Shown: one piece after another, positions 36,254 through 49,900 of the stretch
Layout of the letters: the number at the start of each line of letters is the position of its first letter
Position numbering within the stretch: the stretch's first letter is position 1
NCBI GenBank assembly: GCA_012295275.1
Contig: CM022679.1
Span: 20,274,001 to 20,338,000, forward strand
Source of the DNA: Chrysomallon squamiferum
Taxonomy: Eukaryota; Animalia; Mollusca
Reading direction: 5' to 3'
DNA: 64,000 nt
Translations under genes and position numbers: made by a program
The notes under the pieces: model-generated
Told to the model about the DNA's origin: nothing
Seen by the model: only the letters and a program-made list of their open reading frames with translations
Database searches by the model: none

Positions 36254-38148
36254 TAATAGCAGCTAAGTGTATATTTATTATCAACAACAACATTTTATCA
36301 ATAATATTATTATTTTCATTTATTATTTATTTATTTATTATTATTAATTTTTTTTTTTTTCAGACATCAAAATGCAGTTAATTATCCCTAGAAATAAAAG
36401 CAACTAAATCACATAAGCTTTAACCCTCAAAATTTATTATTTCCCTTAACTTGGCAACTTTCTCTTAATATCATTACTGTGTTCTGTATAAATGCATGAA
36501 CTGATTGCCAGATATATTTGTAGAAAATAGTAGAGACAATTATTTACCAAATTTAAAGATGATTTAAAAATGTTTTAACATATTTAATATTTCATCTTCA
36601 AGAGTTTCCGTCCATGCTTCTTTAATAATGGAAAAATATATAATTAGCAAAAAAAGCTTTTTATTTTTTTTTTTGAGACAAATGTTATGTTAAAACAATT
36701 ATGCAATACTTCATTTATTCTTCTTTTTTTCTGCTTCTTTTAATTGTCAAGACAGAAAATATTTTAGGATAAGAAACTTGAGAAACAATGAATAAAATCT
36801 AATAATTATAAGACTATAAACTTATCATTTAATTATTCAGTGCACTGGTAGAGGCTTATGGTATGAAGATGGTTTATTCTGATCTAAATAAATATATTTA
36901 AATTTTATTTTGCTATTATATTTCTAATGTATATCCTTATCAGTAAGTTTCATTTTTATTTGCAGATGTTTTAAAGATGAGTAATTGAAATGTATACAAT
37001 TTTTCCATGTATCTGAAATGAATAGACAAGGTGTTAGACAACTTAGGGACTTACAAATTCACAATGTTAAAGGGAAGGGTTTAGTACTTGAACAATTTTT
37101 TTAATTTTATAGAACTATATGGCAACAGTACAATACTGTACTTTTGTGCATAATATCTAGATATGATTGGAATATTAATACAGCATAAAGATAGATAATT
37201 AATTATTAAGAAAAGGAGAATAAATTTTTCTGTTAATAAATATTACAAATTTTAATTTTTTTTTTATCATGATACATCATAAAATATACTATTCAGATTT
37301 ATTATTATTATTATTATTATTAAAATTTACTTTTATGGTCATATAAAAAAGATTTGTAAACAATATAATACATGAATATAATTTTAAAATTGGCAGGCCC
37401 AAATATGGCTGTGCAGTTTACTTCTTTATAGTCACATTCATCTAATTATAAATGAAGTAACAACCACTTATACTGATATCATAATTCTGTAGCTGGTTGA
37501 TGACATTCAGATATACAGTTGTGTAGATATAAGCAGCAGGAGGACTGCCTGTCTGCAGTAACAGTACACCACTAAGAGAGATATCTTTATCTACTGACAG
37601 TAATAGGGTTTATAACTTGTTTCAGAGATTAACTTTCACAAACAGGACAAAATTTATGTCCTGTTCTTAAATAAAAACAGACAATAAAAATGTTTGAAGT
37701 TAACCTAACATGGGTTTAATGTGACAGTAGTTCATCAATATTTTTTAATGTTATTATTAATAAATGCTTTCAGCAATGACAACAACAACAACAACAATAA
37801 TGATAACAATAAATATATAAATAAAATAATAGGTTAAACTGCTTTGTTAAATAGAATGCTAAGTACCAATTAATATATAGAAACTTAGTTTTTTTTGGAT
37901 AAAGTTGAGCCATGTTTTAGTAATATTTGTTTTTAATATGCAAATCTAATGCAGTCAACATTTAAAATTGATGATGAATTTTAAATAATCTTATTAATGC
38001 TGCTTTTTGTGTTCTCAGTGTTATTGCTATTATTGTTCTTACTAATTCAACTATTCTACTTTTTTTTTTTTTATTGTTCTTTGCTACTATTATTATTATT
38101 ATCAATACTGTTATTCATTTATTTATTATTATTATTATTCTATTACAG

Positions 38149-38256
38149 GCGGAATCAGATGGGGATTGGAGCGATATTGAGATGACACTGTTTGAATACA
38201 ATGGTAAAAACAAGACACCCTCACTGTCAGACAGTTCACATGTCTCCTACTTCTGA
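38149..38256 (+). CDS. candidate alternative terminal exon of the uif-like gene (AESDGDWSDIEM...HVSYF*)
   Basis: Acceptor tctattacag| and an abrupt shift to GC-richer, coding-like sequence; phase 0 fits the internal donor GAG|gtagat at 33182/33183. Confidence 0.5.
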   Translation, partial: AESDGDWSDIEMTLFEYNGKNKTPSLSDSSHVSYF

Positions 38257-38502
38257 AAGAGAAAAGTCTGATGTTTCAAACTTCTGATGTCCCATTCCAG
38301 AAGACTGGTGAAGCTGGTCACTCTTTCCAGTTATTCCACATCCAACTCCTGCCTTCAGGATGTGGTGGGGATGAAGAAAAAACCCAGCCAATGTTAATTT
38401 CTGGATGCTGACAAATTCTGAGTCCAAAACCATTAGAAATAGTTGGTACTGTTCTAAAGAGAAAAATCTTAGTTTAGAAGGAATTACAAGTCAGTAATGG
38501 AA

Positions 38503-38671
38503 ACCATATAATATTGGATTTGGCAAAGTTGGTGATAGCAGCCTTATAAAATTGGTTTTGAATAGCTGGAAGCCACATAATACTGGATTTGGCCAAATCA
38601 CTGTTAGAAGCTACATAAGATTGGATTTGGCCAAGTCATTTGTTGGAACCCACATAAGATTGGATTTGGCC
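38503..38671. repeat. Degenerate, roughly 35-40-bp repeat (cataa..ttggatttggcc), about 5 copies
   Basis: TGGATTTGGC recurs 4 times, plus one variant. Confidence 0.7.
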
Positions 38672-41600
38672 TGTAAGTGATGTTTTGTTCTGATATATTT
38701 GAGCTAGAAATGGTGACTCATGGTGTAGCGTTAGAGAATATCCCAAACACATGTGTGCTGAACAGTTTCAGAGACATATTTTTTTAAAAGAGATTCCTCT
38801 TAGATGAACCCATATGACTAGGTTGTGTTAAAAGATAAATAATCCATTCAAAAACAGCACAGATTGGCACCTTTCATAGTCAAGACAAACTTTTAAAATC
38901 AGTAATCAAGAAACTTACCAGTGTACATATATCTGTTTAGTGTAGAATCAAAAGAAGAAAAAGGAACTGATCTTTAAAAAAAATATTAAAATGATAAAAA
39001 AGATGCCAAATTCTTCATACCAGTGATAATTGGTTGATTTAAAAGTGTAGAAAAATGACTGTATAACTGTTTGATTATTATCCTGTGATAGTCTTAGAAT
39101 TCATTCATTTATTTACAAATATCATAACCAAGTTTCAGTCATTGAGAAACTGTTTGCACTGGTAAAGAATGGTTATCTGGTGAATATAGCAAAGCAGAAA
39201 ACAAAACAAATATATATATATACTAGGCAGTTCCACATTGTTTTACTAGATTTGAATTTCCAAAGACATTATTAGCATCATTTATACAGAAATTTTTCAT
39301 GTCAAAACATGATGAAATAATATATACATAATTGTATTGGGTTATTTTTGTATCCAGACTGTGTTTTTGTAATTATCAAAATCCAGATGTTATACCATTT
39401 TAAAACTGGATTTAAAATATTTGCATTCTTATCATTTAAAGAAAATGTTTGACATGATAAAGCAAATGAGTGTATATATTGCTTGAGAAAGATTTGACAA
39501 AAACTTCCCATAATGAAAGTGTTTTTTAATTTTTTTAAATCAAGATATGATTTGTGTTCCAAATGAACTTGATTTTAGAAAACCAAAAATGGTTATTATT
39601 TGAAACATTTAGATTTATACTATTCAGTGCATGTATTTCTACTGTAGAATTGTTTGTTGTTTTTTTGTGTCAGAGATGTATGACATCTGCTACATTTAGA
39701 ACATGTGATAATGAAGAACTCTTTGTGATACTAGTCATTTGAAACTATGCAAGATCTTGCCATACCTAAATACCAGTCACATGTCCTGTAACAAATCACT
39801 GTCAGTTGTAAAGTTGTTGATGTTCTGAGACTAATCTTTGGGTGTGTAACAATTTGGTCTTGTTTTTTTTTTTTGATTATTACTAGTCATTTGATTTCTC
39901 TAACCTGTCTTGTGGATAGCAGCAAAGGTTTCAAGCTGAAAACATTATTTAGTGTCTACATAAGTAGTATTTTAACAGGGATTTAAATGTACATTATTAG
40001 ATTATGAAACGTTTAAAGTAAATGTAGACATTATAGAAAATAATTAAATTAAAATTATAAATTGTCTCTTTTTGAAGTGTATAACAAATATTCATCTCTA
40101 AACATCTTGTTTCTGATTTTAATTTATAACTACCTTAATGTTAATATGGTTTAAACAAATAAACATTAAAGAAAAAGAAAAAAGTCTGAAATTTAATGTT
40201 AATCTGATGCATTTTTCAAATCTGTTAGATATGAAATAAAAAATAAACAGAAAATCCAGTCAAAAAATATCAAGAATAATTTTGATTCATTTAATGGAAA
40301 AATGATTATGTTTTATATTATAAACTGGTGTAATCCCTGTTGACATAAACTGATAATTTAATTAGATTCTTCATAAATCGTTAAAAGAATGCTCTTTAGA
40401 CAGACTGACAGACAGGCAAACAGACATACACATGTGTATTTAATTCATGCAATAAATTATGTTATATATATTGTGTGCATTACAAAAAAAAATATATTTA
40501 CATATGTGTATCTATATATTTAAAATATAATGTATGGTCTATTTGTTATATATAAATACATATATTTTCATAATTTCTGGTTTTAAATGTATATACTCAT
40601 GAAAATAAAAAATCAAGCGAAGAAAATAAATATTTTGATATTTTTAAATATTTTGGAAATATTTTTAATGTTTTTCATTTAATGTTTTACCTATCTTGAT
40701 TTGTAACCATACTTCTTATACTAAATTAGAAATACTTTCCAGCTAGTTCAGTTTTATGTACAAATATTAAATTTTCAGCTTGATAGTGTTTATCCATGAC
40801 TATTTTTAAAAGACAAACTTTTTCATATGTTTTTAAAAATGTTTTGAATTCATCTTTTTTTTGTGATTTTTAAAAAAAATTTTGAATTAAATTATACTAT
40901 ACAAAAAAAGCTACAGAGTTAAAATGCAGATGGTTAAAAGATACATCAGTTTTATGAAATTCATAATTTTATATTTTCCTATAATAAATGGGCAATAATA
41001 TCAAAACAGAAAGGCAATCCATATAAACTGATTGTAAAATAGATCAAGAACTGAACTGAAATTTTATAAATAAATAAAAGAAAAGAAAGAAATTGATATT
41101 ATATATACCTTTTAATATTAAAAAAGAAAAAGGAGAATTTAATTAAATAATAATAAAATTATTATTACAAAAGAAAAGAAAAATGAAATTGGTATTATAT
41201 TATATTACTAGGTTTATCATGAACAGTTAATTATTAAACAAATTTTAAAATGTTGTAAATCATACAAATACAGTAAAAGGTAATGGATAGTAATAATAAT
41301 AAATTCCTCAGTTCAGGTAGACAGACCACAGGTGAATGTCAAGTATGTATAAGGAACAAGATAAACCTGATTATATCCAAAGGAGTGTGTCTAAAATGTA
41401 GTAACTGTACTTTGTACATTTTTAAAATCTTTATAAAGCAGCTTTTAAATTGATTCCTTTGCCCTACTTAAACCTCTTATGATAATGAAATGAGTAAAGA
41501 TCGCCATTTGCAGAAATTTTTGTTTATTTTTTATTCATATATTTTTATTTTATTTTATAACTGCATACACTCTGCTCGTAATTTTAAAATTAATTATTTT

Positions 41601-42522
41601 ATTGTAATATTGTTAACAAATAATACATAAAGCTTATGGTTCTTGTGTTTTTAATTGTAAGTCACTGTTATATGCAAGTAATTATTATAATTTTAATGGA
41701 GATATCTCTGATGATAGAAGTAAATGTCTCTTTTAAAAAATTTGTCATTTAAATGTACATATCTTGACAATATCACTGTTTTATTTTAAACATTAACATA
41801 GACTTCATTTGTGTATATCTGTGTGTGTGCACATTTTAAGCAACATTTTATTTCTGAACTTTTAGTGCTAAACATTAGATTCATATATGTAAATAAAAAT
41901 CATCTTACATTTAAAATGAAAACATTTTTTGATGCACAAATGTATAAAATTATGTAAAATCAAATGTTATTTTGTTGTGAACCACAGGTTTCAAGATACA
42001 GGCCTATTATCACTATTAGACTATCAATTTAGATTAATATATAATGTATCATACCGTTACCTGTTTGTTGTATACATGATATAAGTCACATATCATGAAT
42101 ATTAAATACAGACATACCTGTTGTTGAAACACTAGTATAAATTAAAATTAAAACAAAAATAAAAAACAGTGTGTGTGCGTGTTCATGTCTGTATGTATGT
42201 GTTCGTATATTTGAACATTACTAAACATAATTTAATGTATATATATTAAATGTCATGATTTACAATTAATCCTGACCTACATTTGAAAAAACATTTTATT
42301 GCTATAATTGTGTTGTAACATATTAATTCTAAAAGCAGTTATTAAAAATTAAAAAATTAAAATTATTAAGTTGTTTAATTTCATATTGAATGTTTATTTT
42401 TCGATAAATACAGGGATTGATTTTTATTACAATATACAACAGTATATTAAAACAAACAAAACTGATAAGACCACATTATACAGTATTAAAGTTATTAAAT
42501 ACTGAAATTAAAAATAAATAAA

Positions 42523-42591
<69 letters not shown>

Positions 42592-43942
42592 AAGGATTAA
42601 AACTAAACTTTTCATTATGTGTTAAGAAAGTAACAAATCTGAAAACAAAAAAATAATAATTACAAATAAATTTTATACCCATTTTAAGTACCAGTAAATT
42701 CTGTTATTGTTGAATATTTAATGTTAAATTTGCCTATTTTATCTGTGCAGCCTGTCTGTTGTAAATATAATGCAAAATATAAAATTATACAATTTATTGT
42801 GCAACTGGTTTCTCAGTGCATCATGTTGCATTTGGACATTTGTGTTAGATACAGTTCATACATTTTACCTATGCAGATTATTATGTTTCATATTTGCCTA
42901 ACATCTGCCACAGTTGTTATATCATTATTTGTGAACCGAAAAAAAAAAAACTATTTTTGTATTTGTGTATATATTTTGCTAAAATGTAATAAAAAATATA
43001 TTAAAAATTAACTATAATAATAAATAAATATATATATTAAATTTTGTTTCAGATTCATTTTTTGAAAATTGACATCTTTTGTAATTGTTTGGAAAGAGGA
43101 AAACAAAATTGTTATGTAATGCTAACATTTTATATTAATTTCAAATATTTCACTTTATTATGAACTTAAAGGTTCATATTGTTATTTTGAGTGGGTTTAG
43201 GAGATTACATTTTGTTCTTTCTTTTTCTGTAATTAAATGGAAAAAGTATGACAAATTTTATTACAAAAAAATATATATATATTTTGAATTAATAATTTGT
43301 CACAAAATTCTCTTTGATTCATGGCATTCTTAAGTTGTGATAAATTTTTTCATAATCTTCTTGAATGATAAATAAACATACATCTTTCACTGTAGTCCAT
43401 ATGTAATCTGTTTGTTCAAAAACTGTTAAATCTAATTCTCTAGCAGGAAACATTTAATAAAAGCTGATTATTGTGTTTATACACTGAAATTGTAAGTCTT
43501 TCTGACAAAATATTAATCCATATACATCTTTATTTATTTTTAATTTGTTATCATTGTTAATATCACATAAAAAGTATTGTTTTTGTGTTTGTTTTTTCAC
43601 ATAACAAATAATATACTTACCGAAACTTTTTATTTCTTGGATACTCATATTAACATACTGTGGTTTCCAGTTTTTTATTAACACATTTATATGAACAAAT
43701 TTGTATGAAATATTTGTAATAATATTTTTGCAGAATAAAACACTGAGTCAAATATGGCTGATGATGAACATTTTGCATTGGGAAATGTGCACATTTCCAG
43801 TGTAATTCAGTTTGAATCTAGTCGGCTTTCATCCAGACATCATTTGAATACTGTATTTTATTGAATGTCATATTATTTTTTATAATGAAAACAAATAAAA
43901 AATGATAAATAATTAAATGTGTTAGTTACTTTTTTATTTAAT

Positions 43943-43991
<49 letters not shown>

Positions 43992-44197
43992 ACTGAAAGC
44001 CTTTTTGGTAGGATGCATATGTTTGTCAACTGACTAAAATAAAGAGGTATATAAATATATCTCAACATAAGTATAATTTGTTATTCTCTAAGTAAAGTGA
44101 GAAAGTAGTTTTTCATCAGTACTGAGGCTTGTAACTGATAAACTGAACATTTTTATACCGTCCAACTTGTTATGAGGCCAAAATCAAGAAGCAATAA

Positions 44198-44226
44198 TGT
44201 TGGCGTTATAAAGTGGTTTGACTGTA
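44198..44226. mobile_element. Solo Tigger-like terminal inverted repeat
   Basis: TGTTGGCGTTATAAAGTGGTTTGACTG-TA, similar to about 58130-58158; no partner end found. Confidence 0.35.
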
Positions 44227-44369
44227 AATTAAAATGAAGGCAGTAGCTGAAACTGTCTTCTCAGTTACACAGGACTGAAAATTAATTTTGAATAAAGTTT
44301 TATTATTCCCTATCAATTTTAATTAATAGCAAATTATACCAACAACAGAATACAGTTAAGAAATATCTG

Positions 44370-46445
44370 TGCACCGCCATTTTTGAGTCGTGACGAATGT
44401 TACGACAGTAAAAAGAATGTGTACAAGTAATGAAATACTTTTCAAAATACAAAAGGTTTCAGAAGAATCAATTTTTTCTCTAAACTATGTTTATTCTGAT
44501 AGTATTTTAACTGAAGTTTTCACTTTTATACATTATTAAAACCAATTTTTTAAAATTATATATTGACACACCTAAACGTTAACTTCTAAATGGGGTATTT
44601 TCACGATAATGAACAAATAAAAATTAAAAAATTAGTGATATTCATTTAAATGTGTTACTTAGAAAAAATAATAATAAAAAAAAAACTTATTTGAATTTAT
44701 CTGTGGTATCTGACGTCATTATGTTGTAGTGTTATTTCCTTTTTCTTTTTTTCCCCTACAAACAGTAAAATCTCGATACCAAGATTTGATTAACCATCTT
44801 CCCCTGTGTGCACAAATAACCAAACCAGAAAAACGTTAGACATGAAAATATAACAATATACAGATTTATCATCGAGCATTATCATCACAATAAAAAATCC
44901 AATTAAGGAACACGCATTAAAGCAAATACGTGTATACTTTATCGATATCAGTTACCATGGCGTTCGTAAACATACATTTTGTTTCATTATTCTTCAGAAT
45001 ACAATTGGATTTCTAACCGTTTGATTTATTGTATGTATGAGTGATAATCAATTGATGCATAATGCTGAAAATATCTGAATTTTTTTTTACCGAAAACGAG
45101 TTTTTCATTTTTTTCAAAAATCGTTTATTTTATTCAGATATTGTTAATAACCGAGAAGCCGACTGGAAACTATTATATAGGTTACGTTCATTCTTATGGG
45201 ATGTTTATGGAGGTATGTAGTAATATATACAGATTGAGTGAAAATTTATTTTTGTTTATTTAGTTTTTGTGTGTAACAATTTTTATTTTATTTTTTTTTT
45301 TTTTTTTTTACTGTTGCTACTAATATCACGCGTGATTATTACTGCTTAGTGATGCACAATCAAGTAACGCATCTAAATAAAATTACAATTCATTAAATTT
45401 ATATTTTGCCTAGTGATTGAAAATGTTATTTTGTGTATTTAATAAATAAATAAACAGATGCTTTGAAGATAATACATAATCATAAAATGGTTTAACAAAT
45501 GGCACGATTAAAAATTTCATCTAAATGAATTGTTTCTGCTATACGTTCCAGCTTTTTTGACGTGTTCCTGCGACCGTAATTTTTCTTACAGTTAAAACAT
45601 GTTCTTAATGAACTATAGTTGGAAACTCATGCTTTTAGAGACGAAATATAACAACTGTCAAAAATTATATTTGGCATATTTAAATTATTAATCTATATTG
45701 GCAATGTAATTTACAGCCTTAATCTTTACTCCAGTCAATATTAAGGAGTTTCGTCTGCCTATTCGAAAATCATCGTTGTTGGGTTATTACAGTATTAGAA
45801 CTGCGACTAAATTAATTAATTATTATAATCAGAATATTAATAATTATTATGTTAGTGATCACACACTTTGAAAGATGAAAAATCAATATAAAACGAAAGG
45901 TTGGAATATGTCGTTTAAACAGAGCTAAGTTACACTTTTAGTACAGCCCAAGCAGAATATACTTAATTAAATTTCAAACATAAGTGTTCATCCAGTTTTA
46001 TATTTTAAATGCATCGAAAACATTCGTTGTGTCATTTTCTCGAATGCAAGCGAGAATACATGCAGTAAATCTGTCATTCCGCTGAAACAGCTGCTGACCT
46101 ATCTGTATTACTTTACTATAACCACCAGCAAAACATTAACCATTAAAAGGTTAGAATGAAAATTATTTTTGTTTTTCAAGAGTTGACAAAGACACTTTAA
46201 TTTTACTCTAACCATATATAATTACAGTAAAGTTGGAAATTATTAATTATTTTCTTAAGTGAAAACTTTTTGTCAGTTTTACTTTTTGCCTTTTTTTTTA
46301 AACAGCATATGTTTCTACTTATTAATAATTTTGCCATTTACAAATTAGCTGTTCTTTTTTTTAATAATCAATATTTATAATAATCTAAATTATAGCCATT
46401 ATTTTATTATATTTTATTTTATTATTATATATATATATATATATA

Positions 46446-46476
<31 letters not shown>

Positions 46477-46507
46477 ATTATAATTATTATTTATTTATTT
46501 TATTTTA

Positions 46508-46557
<50 letters not shown>

Positions 46558-46661
46558 TTATCTTTGAATTTCTAAAATAATATTGCTGAAATGCCTATTC
46601 AACAGGAAGTACACCTCCATGTAACGAATGATGTATCTTTTAGAGTTATCTTCTCTTAAAC
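44370..46661. promoter_or_regulatory. CpG-retaining upstream/promoter region of PPA, possibly bidirectional
   Basis: CpG is visibly more frequent than in the flanking gene bodies. Motifs: CGCCATTTT (YY1-like, 44375), TGACGTCA (CRE, 44711), TATCGATA (DRE, 44940), CAGGAAGT (ETS, 46603). Confidence 0.5.
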
Positions 46662-46920
46662 ATGGCGCTGTCAAGTACATGCGCGCGCACCTGCTGGCTT
46701 ATGAGGTGTCATCGTGGTGTATCAGCATTATCTGGCGTCGTTAGTTCCTCATTCCAATACAGATTGTTACGTCATAAGTGTGATCTTTCTTTTTGCAGCA
46801 GACGTCGGTCGGCCCCTTTTGCACTTTCAAAAGTTCGCGGAATCTCTTCTGCTGGAACCATGTCGTACTCCACGGTTGAACGAGGATGTCCTAACACGCT
46901 TGATTACCGTGCTTTTTTCT
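46662..46920 (+). CDS. PPA1: PPA exon 1 (presequence plus MSYSTVERG)
   Basis: aaacATGg; second accATG at 46860; T|gtaagt. Confidence 0.88.
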
Positions 46921-49900
46921 GTAAGTTGACACGACATAACAACAAGGAAAATCAATGCTATTAAAAGGTTATAACTTACAACATAAATTATTATATTAAA
47001 TATATGATCAAGAACCTGTTTAAATGAGTTTGTCAATGAGTGAAATTATTAATTAAGGAATGCTTATTATTAGATAATATTAATAAGTTACAAGTAATGA
47101 CTTGCCGGTAGCTGTAACATTTATTTTCGTTTTCCATGTTGTTATTGATTTTACAAAATATATGTATTATATCTCATCATTGTTTTCAATAAAATTATTA
47201 AAAATAATATTAAATATAGTAATAATAATAAAATTCACTTTCTGGAAACACTGAAACAGTAATCAGTGTATGAGTGGGCCTATACTATATTTTCATTTTT
47301 CAAAATCACCAGTAGTTATTTATTTAAAAACCTTAAATATATATTTTTGAATTATAATTTTTATTTCAGGTGGGCCAAATGGTGTGTTTTTATCACCATT
47401 TCATGACATTCCTCTATTTGCCAATGCAGATAAGACAGAATGCAACATGATAGTAGAAATCCCTAGATGGTCTAATGCTAAAATGGAGGTAAAAATGTTT
47501 TACAGAAGTTTGTTGTTTGTTTGGGTTTTTTTTGTTTATTATTTTTACAGTCTTTTTTTTTACAATTGTCTTTTTGTTTTTTAATTAATTTATTTATTGT
47601 TTTTCTGAATTTTAATGTACAAGAAAAATTATATTATTCATTGATAATGTATATTTGTGCCTAGTTTTTATTTTCTGGAATTTAAATTTAACTTGAAGAT
47701 ATAAAAATTATATACAGTTTACTTTCTGGCTTATTTTATTTTTTTTTTTTTTTTTTTTTTAAAGATAAATTATCTTTTTGTACTTTGTAATATATTCATT
47801 TTATCTAAGAACCAGGATATATCTGACAACTGCTATATTATAGATATCATGGAAGTAATAACAATCATTTGATGAGATAAGATTTAAGACAAAACAAATA
47901 ATCCATTATAGTTCTTATATGTGTTGCTTATTTTCTCTGTAGATACATAAAGAGGAAGCACTTAACCCCATCAAACAGGACGTCAAAAAAGGAAAATTAC
48001 GTTATGTGAAAAATATATTCCCACACCATGGCTATATTTGGAACTATGGGGCCTTACCACAGGTAAGTTTACTTTGTCTTCTAGAAAACAGTGTGTGTAC
48101 ATGTAGACCCTAATGCATTATATTTAATGAGTGAGGCTGAAACTGTCCATAACAAAATAACTATGTTGTATGACTCTGTGACATGTTTTCCATTTAGTGT
48201 TAAAGAAAGATAAAATGGGCACATTTTGTGTATATGGTACACCAAAACATACCAAGAGTTTTTAATAAATGATATAATTTTAAAATAAATTAGTTTCTTT
48301 GTGGCTGACTCCACCGATTAATGTATCTCACCTTTTGATTATTTACTATACTTATCAAGACATAAATACAACTGTGAATACAAGTTATTTTGTTACTATT
48401 ATATTAAAAAATAATAATAATAAAAAAAATTAAGATATTATTTTTCCATTTCAGACATTTTCTGTTACAAACTTCAGAAAATAATATATATATATATATA
48501 TATTTGAAAATATTTATAATTATTCATTTTTCATAAACTGTGGAAGCTAATATTAATTTTTAATTTTTAATTGACCTCTTTTTTTGTTTCTAGACCTGGG
48601 AAGATCCCAACAAAACATATGAGGAGACAGGAACAAAAGGAGATTCTGACCCTCTTGATGTCTGTGAAATAGGCTCCAAGGTATTAAAATTGCAGTATTC
48701 AGATATGTACAGTGGTACCTTAACTTACAAGTTTAATTTGTTCCATGACTGAGCTTGTATCTCATTCTGCTCTTATATCAAATCAGTTTTCCCAGCAGAA
48801 ATTAATTGAAACATCATTAATCTGTTCCAGCCCCTAAAACTTTGTAACATGTTTTTAAATAAGAAAAATGTTTTACAGAAGTTTGTTGTTTGTTTGGGGT
48901 TTTTTTGTTTATTATTTTTACATTTTTTTTTTTACAATTGTCTTTTTGTTTTTTAATTTTAATGTACAAGAAAAATTATATTAAATGTTGTATAAAATGA
49001 AAGAGAATGTAAAGAAATAAACTGACTTTGTAAAGAGTATTTATCTTGGAGATAAGACAAATTATTTTAAAGACTTTGTCTGGAATTACAGCGTTTATAC
49101 TAAGTAGGGTGCATATCATAAAAGTACTACACTTGTACTGCCAAGTCAAGTCTACTACGTGCACACCTCTCTCATGTTTTTCTATGAAATCAAGCTTTAA
49201 TTCAGTGGACATTATCCACTTCTTCTCAGCACCATCCTTTGCACTCACTTTCTTAAGATCCATGGCCAGATAAAAGAAATCTGGCAAAATACTGCACAAA
49301 ACATGAGCACAACACTACAGAGATGCTTCCGCAGTGAGATAACCACATAATGTAAAAGAGTGACACACTGGATGCTAACCAGATGTTATGTTGTTCGTTG
49401 CGCCAACTAGCAGTAGCTTATCTGAAGCTCGCTCGTAACTAGGATTTTGCCTCACAACTCGAAGCAAAAACTCGACTAGCCAACTGCTTGTAACTCGATA
49501 AACTCGATAAGTTAGAGCACTTGTAAGTCGAGGTACCACTATAAATAGACATACTTGTTGTGGTAATTATCTTTCAGTTTTTAATTCTTCATCATGTTTT
49601 TTTTGTTTTGATTTGTTTCACACTACTTTAAGATTTGTTTCAATAATGTGAAGAAGAAAAAAGTGTTTATAGTTGGAAAACTGACAAAAATTATATATAT
49701 CTATAAATGTCAGATTTTTCCTTCCCATTTTGGATGTAATAATAAAAAGAGTAATATCACATAAACAAATGATATTTAAATATGATATCCAAAACAGGAT
49801 GCAAATACAAAAGAACTATGTAATAAATAAATGTATATATAATTTAATGTGTTAAAAGAATGTTTATTCTTCTTTTTGGTTTTATTCAAACAGTCAGTAT

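Noticed and set aside
36085-38148. Poly-Leu/Ile hydrophobic ORFs
   Set aside because: Derived from (TTA)n and T-rich low-complexity sequence.
43318-43452. 44-aa minus-strand ORF (MFPARELDLTVFEQTDYIW...) faintly recalling an FMO N-terminus
   Set aside because: It lacks the GxGxxG and GGxW motifs, and no further exons were found.
43798-43853. SECIS-like pattern on the minus strand (ATGA-N11-AA-N18-GA with a short helix)
   Set aside because: The lower helix is weak and I found no upstream selenoprotein ORF; the nearby TGA lies inside the stem. SECISearch3 would settle it.
48642-48662. GDSDPLD instead of the common eukaryotic GDNDPID in the PPase active site
   Set aside because: Ser at this position is within the known family signature and all catalytic Asp residues are intact.
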